DNA from: a virus
Taxonomy: Duplodnaviria > Caudoviricetes
Virus record (IMG/VR): IMGVR_UViG_3300017734_000011
Span: 1 to 50,215 of that record
Reading direction: 5' to 3' (one strand)
Length of the DNA stretch: 50,215 nucleotides
Shown: positions 27,650 to 37,078 of the stretch, one piece after another
Layout of the letters: every line of letters starts with the position of its first letter
How positions within the stretch are numbered: the first letter of the stretch is position 1
Made by a program: the position numbers and the translations under genes
The notes under the pieces: generated by a model
Told to the model about the DNA's origin: nothing
Database searches by the model: none
Seen by the model: only the letters and a program-made list of their open reading frames with translations

Positions 27650-28339
27650 ATGAACAAAAATGAATTTTTAGAGGCTTGCAAAAAAGAAACATCTTATGGT
27701 GATTTTTTTTATGCTGTATATGACGAATTTTTACCTTGGCAAGAATTTGGTCACATGAAAGACTATATGGAAAGTGAAATGGGTTGGATTATTGCTCCAA
27801 GCATAAATTACAATGATGTTTCTAATAACGATTTTTACATGGTAAATTCTATTTTTAACAATGAAAGACTTGCAAGAGATCAATGGAATACTTCTACTAA
27901 TGTAGAACCTTTTACAGCTTTAGCTTCTAAACTATACATTAATGCTTTAACGAGAATTAAGTGCAATTTTTATGTGGGTGCTAAAGAACATTATATTCAT
28001 GCACCTCATATTGATTACGCATATTACACAGTTGGTGCTTTATTTTTTCTTAGTGATTGTGATGCACCTACTTATTTAGCAGATGGCACAGAAATAGAGT
28101 CAAAAGCAAATAGAATACTAATATTTAATTCAGCTACTCCTCATTCTAGTTCAGCACCTACAAATGTTCCATATAGAATGACAATAAATTTTAATTATTT
28201 TGGTCGTGGTATTAACCCTATATATTTAAGAAACAGACCAAGGTCACAACCAACAATGGTATCTGAGAATTATCCCTTTTTAGATGATCGTCTAAATGAG
28301 TTAAAAAAGTTGCAAAAGTTAAATGAATCAAGCAACTGA
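27650..28339 (+). CDS. 2OG-Fe(II) oxygenase-like protein
   Basis: RIKCN, PHID, ESKANRILIF, PHSS, RMTINFNYF. Confidence 0.85.
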   Translation: MNKNEFLEACKKETSYGDFFYAVYDEFLPWQEFGHMKDYMESEMGWIIAPSINYNDVSNNDFYMVNSIFNNERLARDQWNTSTNVEPFTALASKLYINALTRIKCNFYVGAKEHYIHAPHIDYAYYTVGALFFLSDCDAPTYLADGTEIESKANRILIFNSATPHSSSAPTNVPYRMTINFNYFGRGINPIYLRNRPRSQPTMVSENYPFLDDRLNELKKLQKLNESSN

Positions 28340-29024
28340 TTTACTTTTATTTTCTGGAGGCATAGACAGCACAGTATTACTTAAACACTTTCTACAAGAA
28401 AGAAAAAAAGTAAGAGTTTTGTATATTGAGTTAGGTTGGGCAGAAAGGATGCATGGTAGAGTGCGTTTACAAAATATTGCTGCAAATAATATTCTTCAGT
28501 ATATGAGTAAAAAATATGGTGATTTTGAATATTCACAAGCTACTGTAATGACAACATTAAATGAAGAAAACGAGAGCACCTATTTTGGCACAGATAATCA
28601 ATGGTGTGCTTTTTATGGAGGAATGTTCTGTCAAAATTATAATATTAATCGCATGTGGATGGGTCATTATAGTTTTTCTGATGAAATATTAAGAAAAAAA
28701 TATACAAAACACGAAAACGACACAGATGGTTATGGTTTTCATTGTGAACCAGGAGACTATTCAAAGAAAAAGCTAGGGTTTTATGTTGATGTTGGTGCTA
28801 GACTACAAAATCTAAACATAGACCTTTGTACTCCAGCTATTGTATACAAAGGTGAAGGTGTAGATAGATTTAAAAATAAAAAAGAATTGTGGGATACATT
28901 AGAAATAGATTTGAAAAAAATGGTTAGAAGTTGCCTTTCAACTGAATGGCACTGTAATGACTGTCCTAAATGCAACAACCACAGAAAAATGAATATATAT
29001 GATGATAAAGGTATACCACTATGA
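28323..29024 (+). CDS. queC: QueC-like PP-loop ATP pyrophosphatase
   Basis: LLFSGGIDS PP-loop; C-terminal RSC...HCNDCPKC zinc site. Family is clear but the substrate is not. Confidence 0.6.
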   Translation: MNQATDLLLFSGGIDSTVLLKHFLQERKKVRVLYIELGWAERMHGRVRLQNIAANNILQYMSKKYGDFEYSQATVMTTLNEENESTYFGTDNQWCAFYGGMFCQNYNINRMWMGHYSFSDEILRKKYTKHENDTDGYGFHCEPGDYSKKKLGFYVDVGARLQNLNIDLCTPAIVYKGEGVDRFKNKKELWDTLEIDLKKMVRSCLSTEWHCNDCPKCNNHRKMNIYDDKGIPL

Positions 29025-29644
29025 AGAAAAACGTGCATGTGAAAAACTTTGTTATGACTATAGATAATATGCTTAGTTCTGAGATTTGTGATTTTATTGT
29101 TGAGAATATGAAAAATCCAGAAAAGAATTATAAACAACAAACAACTATAGACAACAGAAAAGGTAGACAAGATACACAAAGGGCAGGAACATTATATTTA
29201 ACACATTTAACTGGTCTACAAGTTTATCAAAATATAAACTTTGGTGGTAACTTAGGTAATATATTTACTAATTGTTTAGTAGAAGGTTTGCAAGTGTATT
29301 CCAATACAATGGCAGAAGCCTTGAAAGAAATATCGGATAATAATATTGTTGATTTTACAGAATTTAAATTTCAAGAAACAACTCAAAGTGGTGGCTTTCA
29401 TGATTGGCATTATGAAAGTGCTAGTCAGCAAACTAAACAAAGATTTTTAGTTTGGAGTATATTTTTAAACGATGTTGAAGAAGGTGGTGAGTTGGAGTTT
29501 TTGTATCACAGTATGAGAGTTAAACCAAAAAAAGGTAGCATGGTGCTATTCCCATCCTCTTTTACTCATACTCATAGGGGTAATCCACCTATATCCAATA
29601 CCAAATATATTGCTACGGGCTGGTACTATGCCTTCTCAGAATAA
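29021..29644 (+). CDS. 2OG-Fe(II) oxygenase
   Basis: GGFHDWHYE, FLNDVEEGGE, FP..FTHTHRGNPP..KYIATGW. Confidence 0.9.
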   Translation: MKKNVHVKNFVMTIDNMLSSEICDFIVENMKNPEKNYKQQTTIDNRKGRQDTQRAGTLYLTHLTGLQVYQNINFGGNLGNIFTNCLVEGLQVYSNTMAEALKEISDNNIVDFTEFKFQETTQSGGFHDWHYESASQQTKQRFLVWSIFLNDVEEGGELEFLYHSMRVKPKKGSMVLFPSSFTHTHRGNPPISNTKYIATGWYYAFSE

Positions 29645-30776
29645 TGAAACAATTACCATACCTGTACATAGAGTCAGTACCATTACAAGCTCTAGTATGG
29701 AAGATTTTAGAATTAAAAATAATTATGGCAGAGAAGGCACACCCACAACTGATTTATTAGCTAATCGTTTATCTGATCTTTACAAATCAGATGGTTGTGT
29801 TTTGACACCTTCTGGAATGACATCTATCACACTTGCACTAATGTCAATCTTAAAATCAAAAGATCATATTTTGATACCAGATTGTATATTAGGCTCTGCA
29901 AGAAGATTCATAGAACAAGAGCTTCCAAGGTTAGAAATTACATATGATTTCTACAATGTTAGAGATTTAAAACAATTAGAAACACTTATAAATAATAATA
30001 CAAAAGCAATATATATAGAAAGTCCAGGCACATATACGTTTGAAATAACAGACATAAAAAAAGTTATAGAAATCTGCCAAAAACATAATTTAAAATCTAT
30101 AGCAGATAATACATGGGGAACAGCTTTACACTTTAATCCATTTGATTTTGGTGTAGATATAGTTGTTGAAGCTATTAGTAAATACGCTTCAGGTCACTCT
30201 GACGTAATGATGGGAGTAGCTTTGGCTAATGAAAACAATTTATTACAATTAAAAAGATGGTATAAAAACTGTGGGATATGTGTCAGTTCAGATGATGCTT
30301 ACTTAGTTCTAAGAGGCTTAGATACATTGTCTATGAGATTAGAAAAATCTTCAAAAAACAGTATAGAAATAGCTAAGTATTTAGAAAAAAATAAACAAAT
30401 AAAACAAGTTATTCATCCTGCTCTACGTCAACATCCAGATCATAAATTATGGAAAAAATATTTTAAAGGTTCTTGTGGTGTGTTTGCTATAGAGTTCCAA
30501 GATAAAATTGATGAATATGCTATAAATCAATTAGCAAATAACTGTAAACTATTTAATATTGGCACATCTTGGGGTGGACACCATAGTTTGTTAGCAACCA
30601 CAGATGTTTCTAAATGCAGAAATTTAAGTACAAGTTATGTACCTTCTGGTCAATATTTAAGAATTTATACTGGAACAGAGGAAGCAAAAGACTTAATAAA
30701 TGATTTAGATAATGCTTTTAATAAAATGAAAGAATACATTTATACAAGAGTTGGTGATGCCCTTTTGTTTTGGTAA
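29628..30776 (+). CDS. metC: cystathionine beta-lyase-like PLP-dependent enzyme
   Basis: YGREGTPT, PSGM, ESPG, DNTW, SKYASGHSDVMMG (PLP lysine), LRGLDTL, GTSWGG, LRIYTGTE. Confidence 0.88.
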   Translation: MPSQNNETITIPVHRVSTITSSSMEDFRIKNNYGREGTPTTDLLANRLSDLYKSDGCVLTPSGMTSITLALMSILKSKDHILIPDCILGSARRFIEQELPRLEITYDFYNVRDLKQLETLINNNTKAIYIESPGTYTFEITDIKKVIEICQKHNLKSIADNTWGTALHFNPFDFGVDIVVEAISKYASGHSDVMMGVALANENNLLQLKRWYKNCGICVSSDDAYLVLRGLDTLSMRLEKSSKNSIEIAKYLEKNKQIKQVIHPALRQHPDHKLWKKYFKGSCGVFAIEFQDKIDEYAINQLANNCKLFNIGTSWGGHHSLLATTDVSKCRNLSTSYVPSGQYLRIYTGTEEAKDLINDLDNAFNKMKEYIYTRVGDALLFW

Positions 30777-30807
30777 TACAAGTAAAGAATTTCGCCATCT
30801 GACAGTA

Positions 30808-30836
30808 TTGCCTAAAAACCTTATTTAATATAATAT
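30808..30836 (+). promoter_or_regulatory. possible promoter for lysis genes
   Basis: TTGCCT-17 nt-TAATAT in an AT-rich gap; could be a chance match. Confidence 0.35.
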
Positions 30837-30866
30837 AATAATATTAATATTTAGAGGTTAAATATA

Positions 30867-31031
30867 ATGACTAAAGTTACTGACGTTAAGTCACAACTAG
30901 ATACACATGAAGCGGTGTGTGCAGAACGCTGGAAGGAAACTATTCTTCGTATTAAAAGAATTGAAAGCATAATGATAGGCTTTGCAAGTACTTTAATTGT
31001 ATTTATGGCAACTATTATATACAAAATGTAA
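30867..31031 (+). CDS. small membrane protein (54 aa, not in ORF track)
   Basis: GAGG SD; HEAVCAERW coiled segment plus one C-terminal TM helix. Confidence 0.8.
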   Translation: MTKVTDVKSQLDTHEAVCAERWKETILRIKRIESIMIGFASTLIVFMATIIYKM

Positions 31032-31032
31032 A

Positions 31033-31341
31033 ATGAAGAAATTTCAAAAAAATAGCAAATACGAAGAATACGATGAAGATGGCGATGGTATCGTAACAGA
31101 CGAAGAGCTATCTCATGTTAAAGAAATTAAAAAAACAGAAGACGAGTTAAGAAAACATTTAGCCCAACTGAGAATGGCTAGATATACATTAATATCTATG
31201 GGCTTGTTTACACTAGCTATGTTTTTTGTAGATATAGAAAGAGTTAAGGCGTTATCTGATATATCTAACCTATTTTATTTATCAGGTGCTGGTATTGTAG
31301 GGGCATATATGGGCACTACTGCATGGATGTCTAGAAAGTGA
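31033..31341 (+). CDS. membrane protein with EF-hand-like DxDGDG loop
   Basis: YDEDGDGIVTDEE followed by two TM segments; start reassigned to ATG 31033. Confidence 0.75.
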   Translation: MKKFQKNSKYEEYDEDGDGIVTDEELSHVKEIKKTEDELRKHLAQLRMARYTLISMGLFTLAMFFVDIERVKALSDISNLFYLSGAGIVGAYMGTTAWMSRK

Positions 31342-31532
31342 CTGTATTCATGCTAGTCTGTTATTTGGGGGCTAATATGGAATTTATATACTTTAAAAAC
31401 ATAAATGACTGTTTGTCCTATAAAAATCAATTGCATAACCAAATTATTAAAAAAAATGATAAAGAGCAAGTTTATCAATGCATGTGTAAATTGGTAGCTA
31501 ATGTAGATACAAATAAAATGAGGGTGTACTAA
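31338..31532 (+). CDS. small Cys-containing hypothetical protein
   Basis: GTGA/TAATG coupling; F.....C...CxC pattern. Confidence 0.65.
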   Translation: MTVFMLVCYLGANMEFIYFKNINDCLSYKNQLHNQIIKKNDKEQVYQCMCKLVANVDTNKMRVY

Positions 31533-31927
31533 TGTTAACTGCATTGATCGGGCCAGTATCTAATTTACTTGGCAAATTCATAGAAGATAAAGACATGAAG
31601 AACAAGTTGGCACATGAAGTGGCAACTATGGCTGAAAACCACGCTCAAGAACTAGCTAAAGGTCAGTTAGAAATAAACAAAGTCGAAGCCCAACATAAAT
31701 CTATATTTGTGGCTGGCTGGAGACCCTTCATTGGTTGGACATGTGGTATCGCTTTATGTTGGCATTTTGTCCTAGCTCCTGTTACAATATTCTTATGTGC
31801 ATATTTAGGAGTAACTATACCAGATTTGCCAAGTTTTGATATGGGGTCACTTATGACCGTTTTGATGGGAATGCTGGGACTTGGCGGGCTCAGAACATAT
31901 GAGAAGCAAAAAGGATTAACTAAGTAA
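31532..31927 (+). CDS. holin, 3TM gene-transfer-agent type
   Basis: FVAGWRPFIGW, LMGMLGLGGLRTYEK. Confidence 0.88.
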   Translation: MLTALIGPVSNLLGKFIEDKDMKNKLAHEVATMAENHAQELAKGQLEINKVEAQHKSIFVAGWRPFIGWTCGIALCWHFVLAPVTIFLCAYLGVTIPDLPSFDMGSLMTVLMGMLGLGGLRTYEKQKGLTK

Positions 31928-32379
31928 TGGATATAGAAGTTTTAAAACAACAATTAATAGAAGACGAAGGTTGTGAGTACGAAATATACCTAGATCATCT
32001 TGGATACAAGACTTGTGGCATTGGGCATCTATGTAGAGCTACAGACCCAGAAAACAATTTAGAAGTAGGAGATTCAGTTTCTGTAGAAAGAGTAAATGAG
32101 TTATTTGCTGAAGACATAGAAAAGGTCTTAGATGACTGCACCATACTCTATGACAACTTTTATGAGTTGCCAGAGGAGGCACAATTAATCATTGCCAATA
32201 TGATGTTCAATCTTGGTCGCCCTCGTTTGAGTGCATTTAAAAAAATGAAAGCTGCAGTAGATGACCATAATTGGATAGAAGCGGCTATACAAATGGAAGA
32301 TAGCAAATGGGCAAAACAAGTGCCTAATAGAGCAAATAGACTTTGTGATAGAATGAGAAATATAGGGTTTGTTACATAA
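31927..32379 (+). CDS. endolysin, T4-type lysozyme (GH24)
   Basis: EG...YLDHLGYKTCGIGH, NMMFNLG, SKWAKQVPNRA. Confidence 0.92.
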   Translation: MDIEVLKQQLIEDEGCEYEIYLDHLGYKTCGIGHLCRATDPENNLEVGDSVSVERVNELFAEDIEKVLDDCTILYDNFYELPEEAQLIIANMMFNLGRPRLSAFKKMKAAVDDHNWIEAAIQMEDSKWAKQVPNRANRLCDRMRNIGFVT

Positions 32380-34286
32380 TGCCATTACAATTAATGCAAA
32401 TAAAACCAGGTATAGTAAAAGATATAACTCAGTATTCTGCAGGTAAGAACGGCCCGTATTGGATAGATGGCAATTTTATTAGGTTTAAAAATGGGTATGC
32501 TGAAAAAATAGGTGGTTGGCAAAAAGAAAGTTATTCAAGAGTAAATAATGCAGGAGATATAACTGATACTGAGACTTCAATAGTTGGTATTGCAAGAAAT
32601 ATGATATCTTGGAGATCAAGTACAGATGGTGAAGATAGAATAGCTATTGGTACACATAATCACCTTTACCTATTAGTTAACACTGCATTATATGATATCA
32701 CGCCTTTACGAAAAACATCTACCAACTTATCAAACCCAATAGCGACAACAGATCAGAGCACCATAGTTACAATTACTGATAATTCTCATGGAGCTTCAGA
32801 AGGTGACTTTGTTGTTATATCTGATGCTACTGCAACTGGAGGTATTTCAGCAGAGACGCTAAATGTTTCAGAAGGATATCAAATAACAATTGTAGATACA
32901 AATTCATATACAATTACAGTGCCCGCTGCAGCGACAAGTACAGTTGCTTCAGGTGGTGGTACTGCAGTAGATATAAAATATTTAATAGGCAAACAAGAGG
33001 GGCTAGGGCAACAGTCTGCAGACCCTGCTTTAGGCTGGGGTGTTGGTAGTTGGGGTTCAGCGGCTTGGGGCACACCTAGAGCTACAAGTGAGAGTGATGT
33101 AAAGCTAGAAAATTCTCAATGGTCTCTTAATTTGTGGGGAGAAGATTTGATTGCCACTGCAAGAAATGGGCAAATATATTATTGGGATGTTAATAATGGC
33201 GAAACAACTAGAGCAACTCTAGTGTCTGCAGAAGCAGACGCTACAAGCGTGCCAACAACTAACAGAATCTCTATTATATCTTTTCCAGATAGACATTTAG
33301 TGTGCATGGGTAGCGATCCTATAGGTAGTTTGGGAAACATAGACCCCATGTTAGTTAGGTGGTCAAATCAAGAAAACTTTGCACAATGGCAACCTACAGT
33401 TACAAATACCGCAGGTGATCAAAGATTAGAAGTAGGAACTAAAATTATAGGTGCAGTAAGTGCTAAGGATGAAACATTTATAGCAACTGATGAAGCTGCG
33501 TATGGTATGAGTTTTATAGGTCCGCCTTTTGTATTCTCTTTTAGATTATTAGCCACAAATTGTGGTGCTGGTGGCAAAAATACAATCATGGCAGTAGATA
33601 ACACTGTATATTGGATGGGTAAATCTAGTTTCTTTATATATGATGGTATTGTCAAAGACTTGCCTTGTTCAGTTCAATATTTTGTGTTTGATAGAATGCA
33701 ACTGGACTACATTGATAAAACAGTGGTAGGTCATAATAAAAAATTTAACGAAATTACTTGGTTTTATGTAAGTGAGGATAACTCAGCAGGAACAAACAAT
33801 CCTGAGCCAGATAGTTATGTTACATTTAATTACCAAGAATTAGCATGGTCTATAGGAACTCTAGAAAGAACTGTTTGGTCAGATGCATTTGGTGTTAGGC
33901 AAGTTCCATTTGCTTTTGATAAGGATGGTATACTTTATAATCATGAAACAGGCACAAGTGACAATGGTTCAGCTATGAATACTTTTGTAGAAAGTTCAGC
34001 TATGGAAATATCTCAAGCTGGTGATAATACATTTATGGTAGATAAAATTATACCAGACTTAAACACCACAAGTACATCAAGCTTGTCTTTGACACTCAAA
34101 ACCAGAAAGTATCCTAATGCTGCAGATATAACAAAAGGTCCGTTTACAATTACAGATCAGACTGAAAAAGTTAGCACTAGGGCAAAAGGTAGGCAAATGA
34201 CAGTTAAAATAGAGAGTGCAGGTACAGAAGATACTTGGCAATTGGGCGATTTTAGAATAAACACAAGACAGGATGGTTTTAGATGA
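32379..34286 (+). CDS. tail nozzle / packaged-DNA stabilisation protein (P22 gp10-like)
   Basis: 635 aa, beta-rich; VRWSNQE, YWMG, EITWFY, RAKGRQ, WQLG motifs; precedes the ejection genes. Confidence 0.7.
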   Translation: MPLQLMQIKPGIVKDITQYSAGKNGPYWIDGNFIRFKNGYAEKIGGWQKESYSRVNNAGDITDTETSIVGIARNMISWRSSTDGEDRIAIGTHNHLYLLVNTALYDITPLRKTSTNLSNPIATTDQSTIVTITDNSHGASEGDFVVISDATATGGISAETLNVSEGYQITIVDTNSYTITVPAAATSTVASGGGTAVDIKYLIGKQEGLGQQSADPALGWGVGSWGSAAWGTPRATSESDVKLENSQWSLNLWGEDLIATARNGQIYYWDVNNGETTRATLVSAEADATSVPTTNRISIISFPDRHLVCMGSDPIGSLGNIDPMLVRWSNQENFAQWQPTVTNTAGDQRLEVGTKIIGAVSAKDETFIATDEAAYGMSFIGPPFVFSFRLLATNCGAGGKNTIMAVDNTVYWMGKSSFFIYDGIVKDLPCSVQYFVFDRMQLDYIDKTVVGHNKKFNEITWFYVSEDNSAGTNNPEPDSYVTFNYQELAWSIGTLERTVWSDAFGVRQVPFAFDKDGILYNHETGTSDNGSAMNTFVESSAMEISQAGDNTFMVDKIIPDLNTTSTSSLSLTLKTRKYPNAADITKGPFTITDQTEKVSTRAKGRQMTVKIESAGTEDTWQLGDFRINTRQDGFR

Positions 34287-34471
34287 GCGAAACTGCACCA
34301 ACCAATATCAGTATTAGGATGCCAACTCCTACTAGGGAGTATCAAATAACGTGGGCTAATAATTTAGTTTCTTCAATAGATTTGCAGAATAGAAGCTCTA
34401 TACTAGCTCAGAATGCATCAAACAAGGCTACAGAGGACATAGCAGAAGCCTTGTCATGGTTCTATGCCTAA
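34283..34471 (+). CDS. hypothetical tail protein
   Basis: ATGA overlap, 62 aa. Confidence 0.65.
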   Translation: MSETAPTNISIRMPTPTREYQITWANNLVSSIDLQNRSSILAQNASNKATEDIAEALSWFYA

Positions 34472-34784
34472 TAGTTATAAAAATGCATTACTTGATTTAA
34501 CCACAACAAGCGAAACAACTTTATACACTGTGCCAACTGCAACAAGTACAATATTTAAGTCTATAATCGTGTCTGATGATAGTGGAAGTGGTGATAGTAT
34601 AACTTTAACCTTAACAAATGGGGCTAATGTGTTTAGTATATACAAAACAAAGACTGTAGGTGCAAATGGAACAGAAGAATTGCTATCACAACCTTTAGTG
34701 TTAGAAGAAGGTCAAGTCCTCAAAGTAACTGCAACAACTGCAAATAGATTGCATGTTGTGGGTAGCTTCATAGAGGTTACATAA
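34464..34784 (+). CDS. virion structural protein
   Basis: MPNSYKN, LYTVP, LVLEEG, LHVVGS pattern. Confidence 0.7.
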   Translation: MPNSYKNALLDLTTTSETTLYTVPTATSTIFKSIIVSDDSGSGDSITLTLTNGANVFSIYKTKTVGANGTEELLSQPLVLEEGQVLKVTATTANRLHVVGSFIEVT

Positions 34785-34794
34785 GGAGTTTAAA

Positions 34795-36264
34795 ATGGCT
34801 GTGCAATATGATGAATTTGGAAATGTATTGAACTTAACTGATTCACTTGATACGCCAAAAACATATAACATTTACGAAAACAGAGCCTACTCAAGTGGTC
34901 AAGGTACAAATTTGCAAAATGTCTATGGCACAAAAGCTATGCCTATGTTTGAGTTTATCAGACAAATTAAAGTTGGTGAGCGTACCTACGATCCCACAAG
35001 AGAAGAAGATAGACGATACAAAGATATGTATGAGAACTATCGTGGACTAGAGCCTGAAGCTCCATCATGGGAACAAGCTATAGGAGCTAGTGTAGCACCA
35101 CAAGTAGGATCAGGATTGCTTCAAGGTGTCGTAAATCCAGGAGAGTATTATGGTGGCAATGCATTTGATAGAGCGATAGAAGGAGTTAAAGATTCCTTTA
35201 GTAGTAGTCCTCAACAAAGAGTAACAAGTAGAATTGCAGATTTCGATCCAGAGCAGTATGTTTTAGGAAATGACCAAGCTTTTATTCCAGAGCTTGCTGA
35301 TCTAGAGGTTGCAAAATCCACAGGCAATCTTGATTTATATAAAGAACTAAAAACGCCATTAGATATGGGTGGTAAATTTAAAACGCCACAACAAAAATTA
35401 GAAGCAGAGACGTCAGACTTTTTTGGTTTTAAAAGACCAGACCAAACTGTATACGATGCAAACGAATTGAACTTAAGAGGTCTTCAGCTTAATCCTGAAG
35501 GTCAACTTACTACTATAGATGCATTTAATGAGCCAGTGGCATATCTCGATAGCTTTGATAACGTATCAGATACATTCGCAACAAATCCACAAGATTTTGG
35601 CATGAGTTATAGTGATCCAATTACATCGGCATCTGCTTTAACAAGCTCATCGCCACTAGCAACTGGGTTTCAAGGCTATGCTGAAAATGTCGTAGAAAAC
35701 TTAAATCCAGCAAGTGCTTTTGGAAAATCAAACTTTGCAGGAGCAGGAGGAGCAGGAGTAGCGTCTGCTGCGGTTACCCTTTTGGCGACTGGTGATGTTG
35801 AAAAAGCAGCAAAGACTGGTGTTGGTACGTTTGTTGGTAAAGCTTTAGGAACTGCATTGTTTATGGGTAACCCAATAGGTGGAGTTATTGGTGGTATGAT
35901 TGGTGGGGCACTTGGTGGTCGTGTGATATGTAATGAATTGAATAAACAAGGCTTGATAACAAGAAAAGAGCTTATAAATGACTATAAGTTCACTAGAGAT
36001 TATTTATCTACAAAACATGTTAATGGCTATCATCTATGGGCATTGTGGATGGTAAAACAAATGAGAAAAGGTAAATATGTTAAATTTTGGACACATGTGG
36101 TGAAACATCGTGCAAACGAAATAGCTTACATATATGGTGAAAGAAATAAACCAGATTACCTTGGAAAACTTTATAGGAAAATCTTTGAGCCCGTTTGTTG
36201 GACTTTAGGCTTATTTTGTAAAGAAACAGATTGGTCAGTATTATATAAAACAAAGGAGATTTAA
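34795..36264 (+). CDS. putative ejection protein with glycine-zipper helices and C-terminal ICxxL...GYxxW domain
   Basis: GGVIGGMIGGALGG followed by RVICNEL...GYHLW. Confidence 0.7.
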   Translation: MAVQYDEFGNVLNLTDSLDTPKTYNIYENRAYSSGQGTNLQNVYGTKAMPMFEFIRQIKVGERTYDPTREEDRRYKDMYENYRGLEPEAPSWEQAIGASVAPQVGSGLLQGVVNPGEYYGGNAFDRAIEGVKDSFSSSPQQRVTSRIADFDPEQYVLGNDQAFIPELADLEVAKSTGNLDLYKELKTPLDMGGKFKTPQQKLEAETSDFFGFKRPDQTVYDANELNLRGLQLNPEGQLTTIDAFNEPVAYLDSFDNVSDTFATNPQDFGMSYSDPITSASALTSSSPLATGFQGYAENVVENLNPASAFGKSNFAGAGGAGVASAAVTLLATGDVEKAAKTGVGTFVGKALGTALFMGNPIGGVIGGMIGGALGGRVICNELNKQGLITRKELINDYKFTRDYLSTKHVNGYHLWALWMVKQMRKGKYVKFWTHVVKHRANEIAYIYGERNKPDYLGKLYRKIFEPVCWTLGLFCKETDWSVLYKTKEI

Positions 36265-36266
36265 TT

Positions 36267-36638
36267 ATGGCTGAAGATATGAGAATGATGGGAGAAAGAA
36301 TGCCTATGGAAGCTCAAATGGGTGTTAGAGAAAGAATGCCTGCAAACCCACAACTAGACATGGGTATGCCATCAGAGGCAAATGAAGTGATAATGCGACC
36401 AAGTGAGGGTATCAAAAACGCATTATTCATGAGACTGAGTAATATGACTCCAGAAGAGTTGCAAATGTTAGACAGAGCAATTACGCCAGAGGTTGCTAGT
36501 GTTTTGGTTAAGTTGTTGCCAGAAATGCAACAGTTAATCGAGATGGTTGAGCAAAGTGGTGCAGGCGATGCTATGGAAGAAGATCAAATGGGATTAGGCG
36601 ATATGCCTAAAGACATGGGTGCGTTGGGTAACGTGTAA
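36267..36638 (+). CDS. hypothetical Met-rich acidic protein
   Basis: GGAG SD; ends MGALGNV. Confidence 0.75.
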   Translation: MAEDMRMMGERMPMEAQMGVRERMPANPQLDMGMPSEANEVIMRPSEGIKNALFMRLSNMTPEELQMLDRAITPEVASVLVKLLPEMQQLIEMVEQSGAGDAMEEDQMGLGDMPKDMGALGNV

Positions 36639-37078
36639 TGCAAGTAGTAAGGGCTGGTGCTAATGAAATATCAGCTTTGTACGTTATGCTTAAAGAAATG
36701 CATAGTAACACAGAAACAGATGTAGCACCTATCGATGAATATAAATTAGTAAGTAAAATCAATGAAGTAGTCCATAAAGGTTTGGTTTTGGTAAGCGTCA
36801 AAGATAATATGATTACTGGATCTATAGGAGGAATGACTACAAGTGATTGGTGGTCGAATCAGCCATTCCTTTCAGATATGTGGTTTTATGTCAATCCTTC
36901 ACAAAGAAAATCTGATGCTGCTATATCATTGATAAAGGCATTTATCAAAGTGGGAAAAGATGCTAAACTAAAAGTAAGATTAGGTCATATTTATTCTGGC
37001 GACTTAGATCGAAAGGATAAATTCTATGAAAGATTAGGGCTAGTTAAAGCTGGCTCTACATATGTGGAGAAAGAATAA
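36638..37078 (+). CDS. GNAT-family acetyltransferase
   Basis: WFYVNPSQRKS (motif A) and KFYERLG. Confidence 0.8.
   Translation: MQVVRAGANEISALYVMLKEMHSNTETDVAPIDEYKLVSKINEVVHKGLVLVSVKDNMITGSIGGMTTSDWWSNQPFLSDMWFYVNPSQRKSDAAISLIKAFIKVGKDAKLKVRLGHIYSGDLDRKDKFYERLGLVKAGSTYVEKE

Noticed and set aside
28323-29024. Complete 7-deazaguanine DNA modification system
   Set aside because: Only a divergent QueC-like gene is present; no FolE, QueD, QueE or DpdA recognised in the window.
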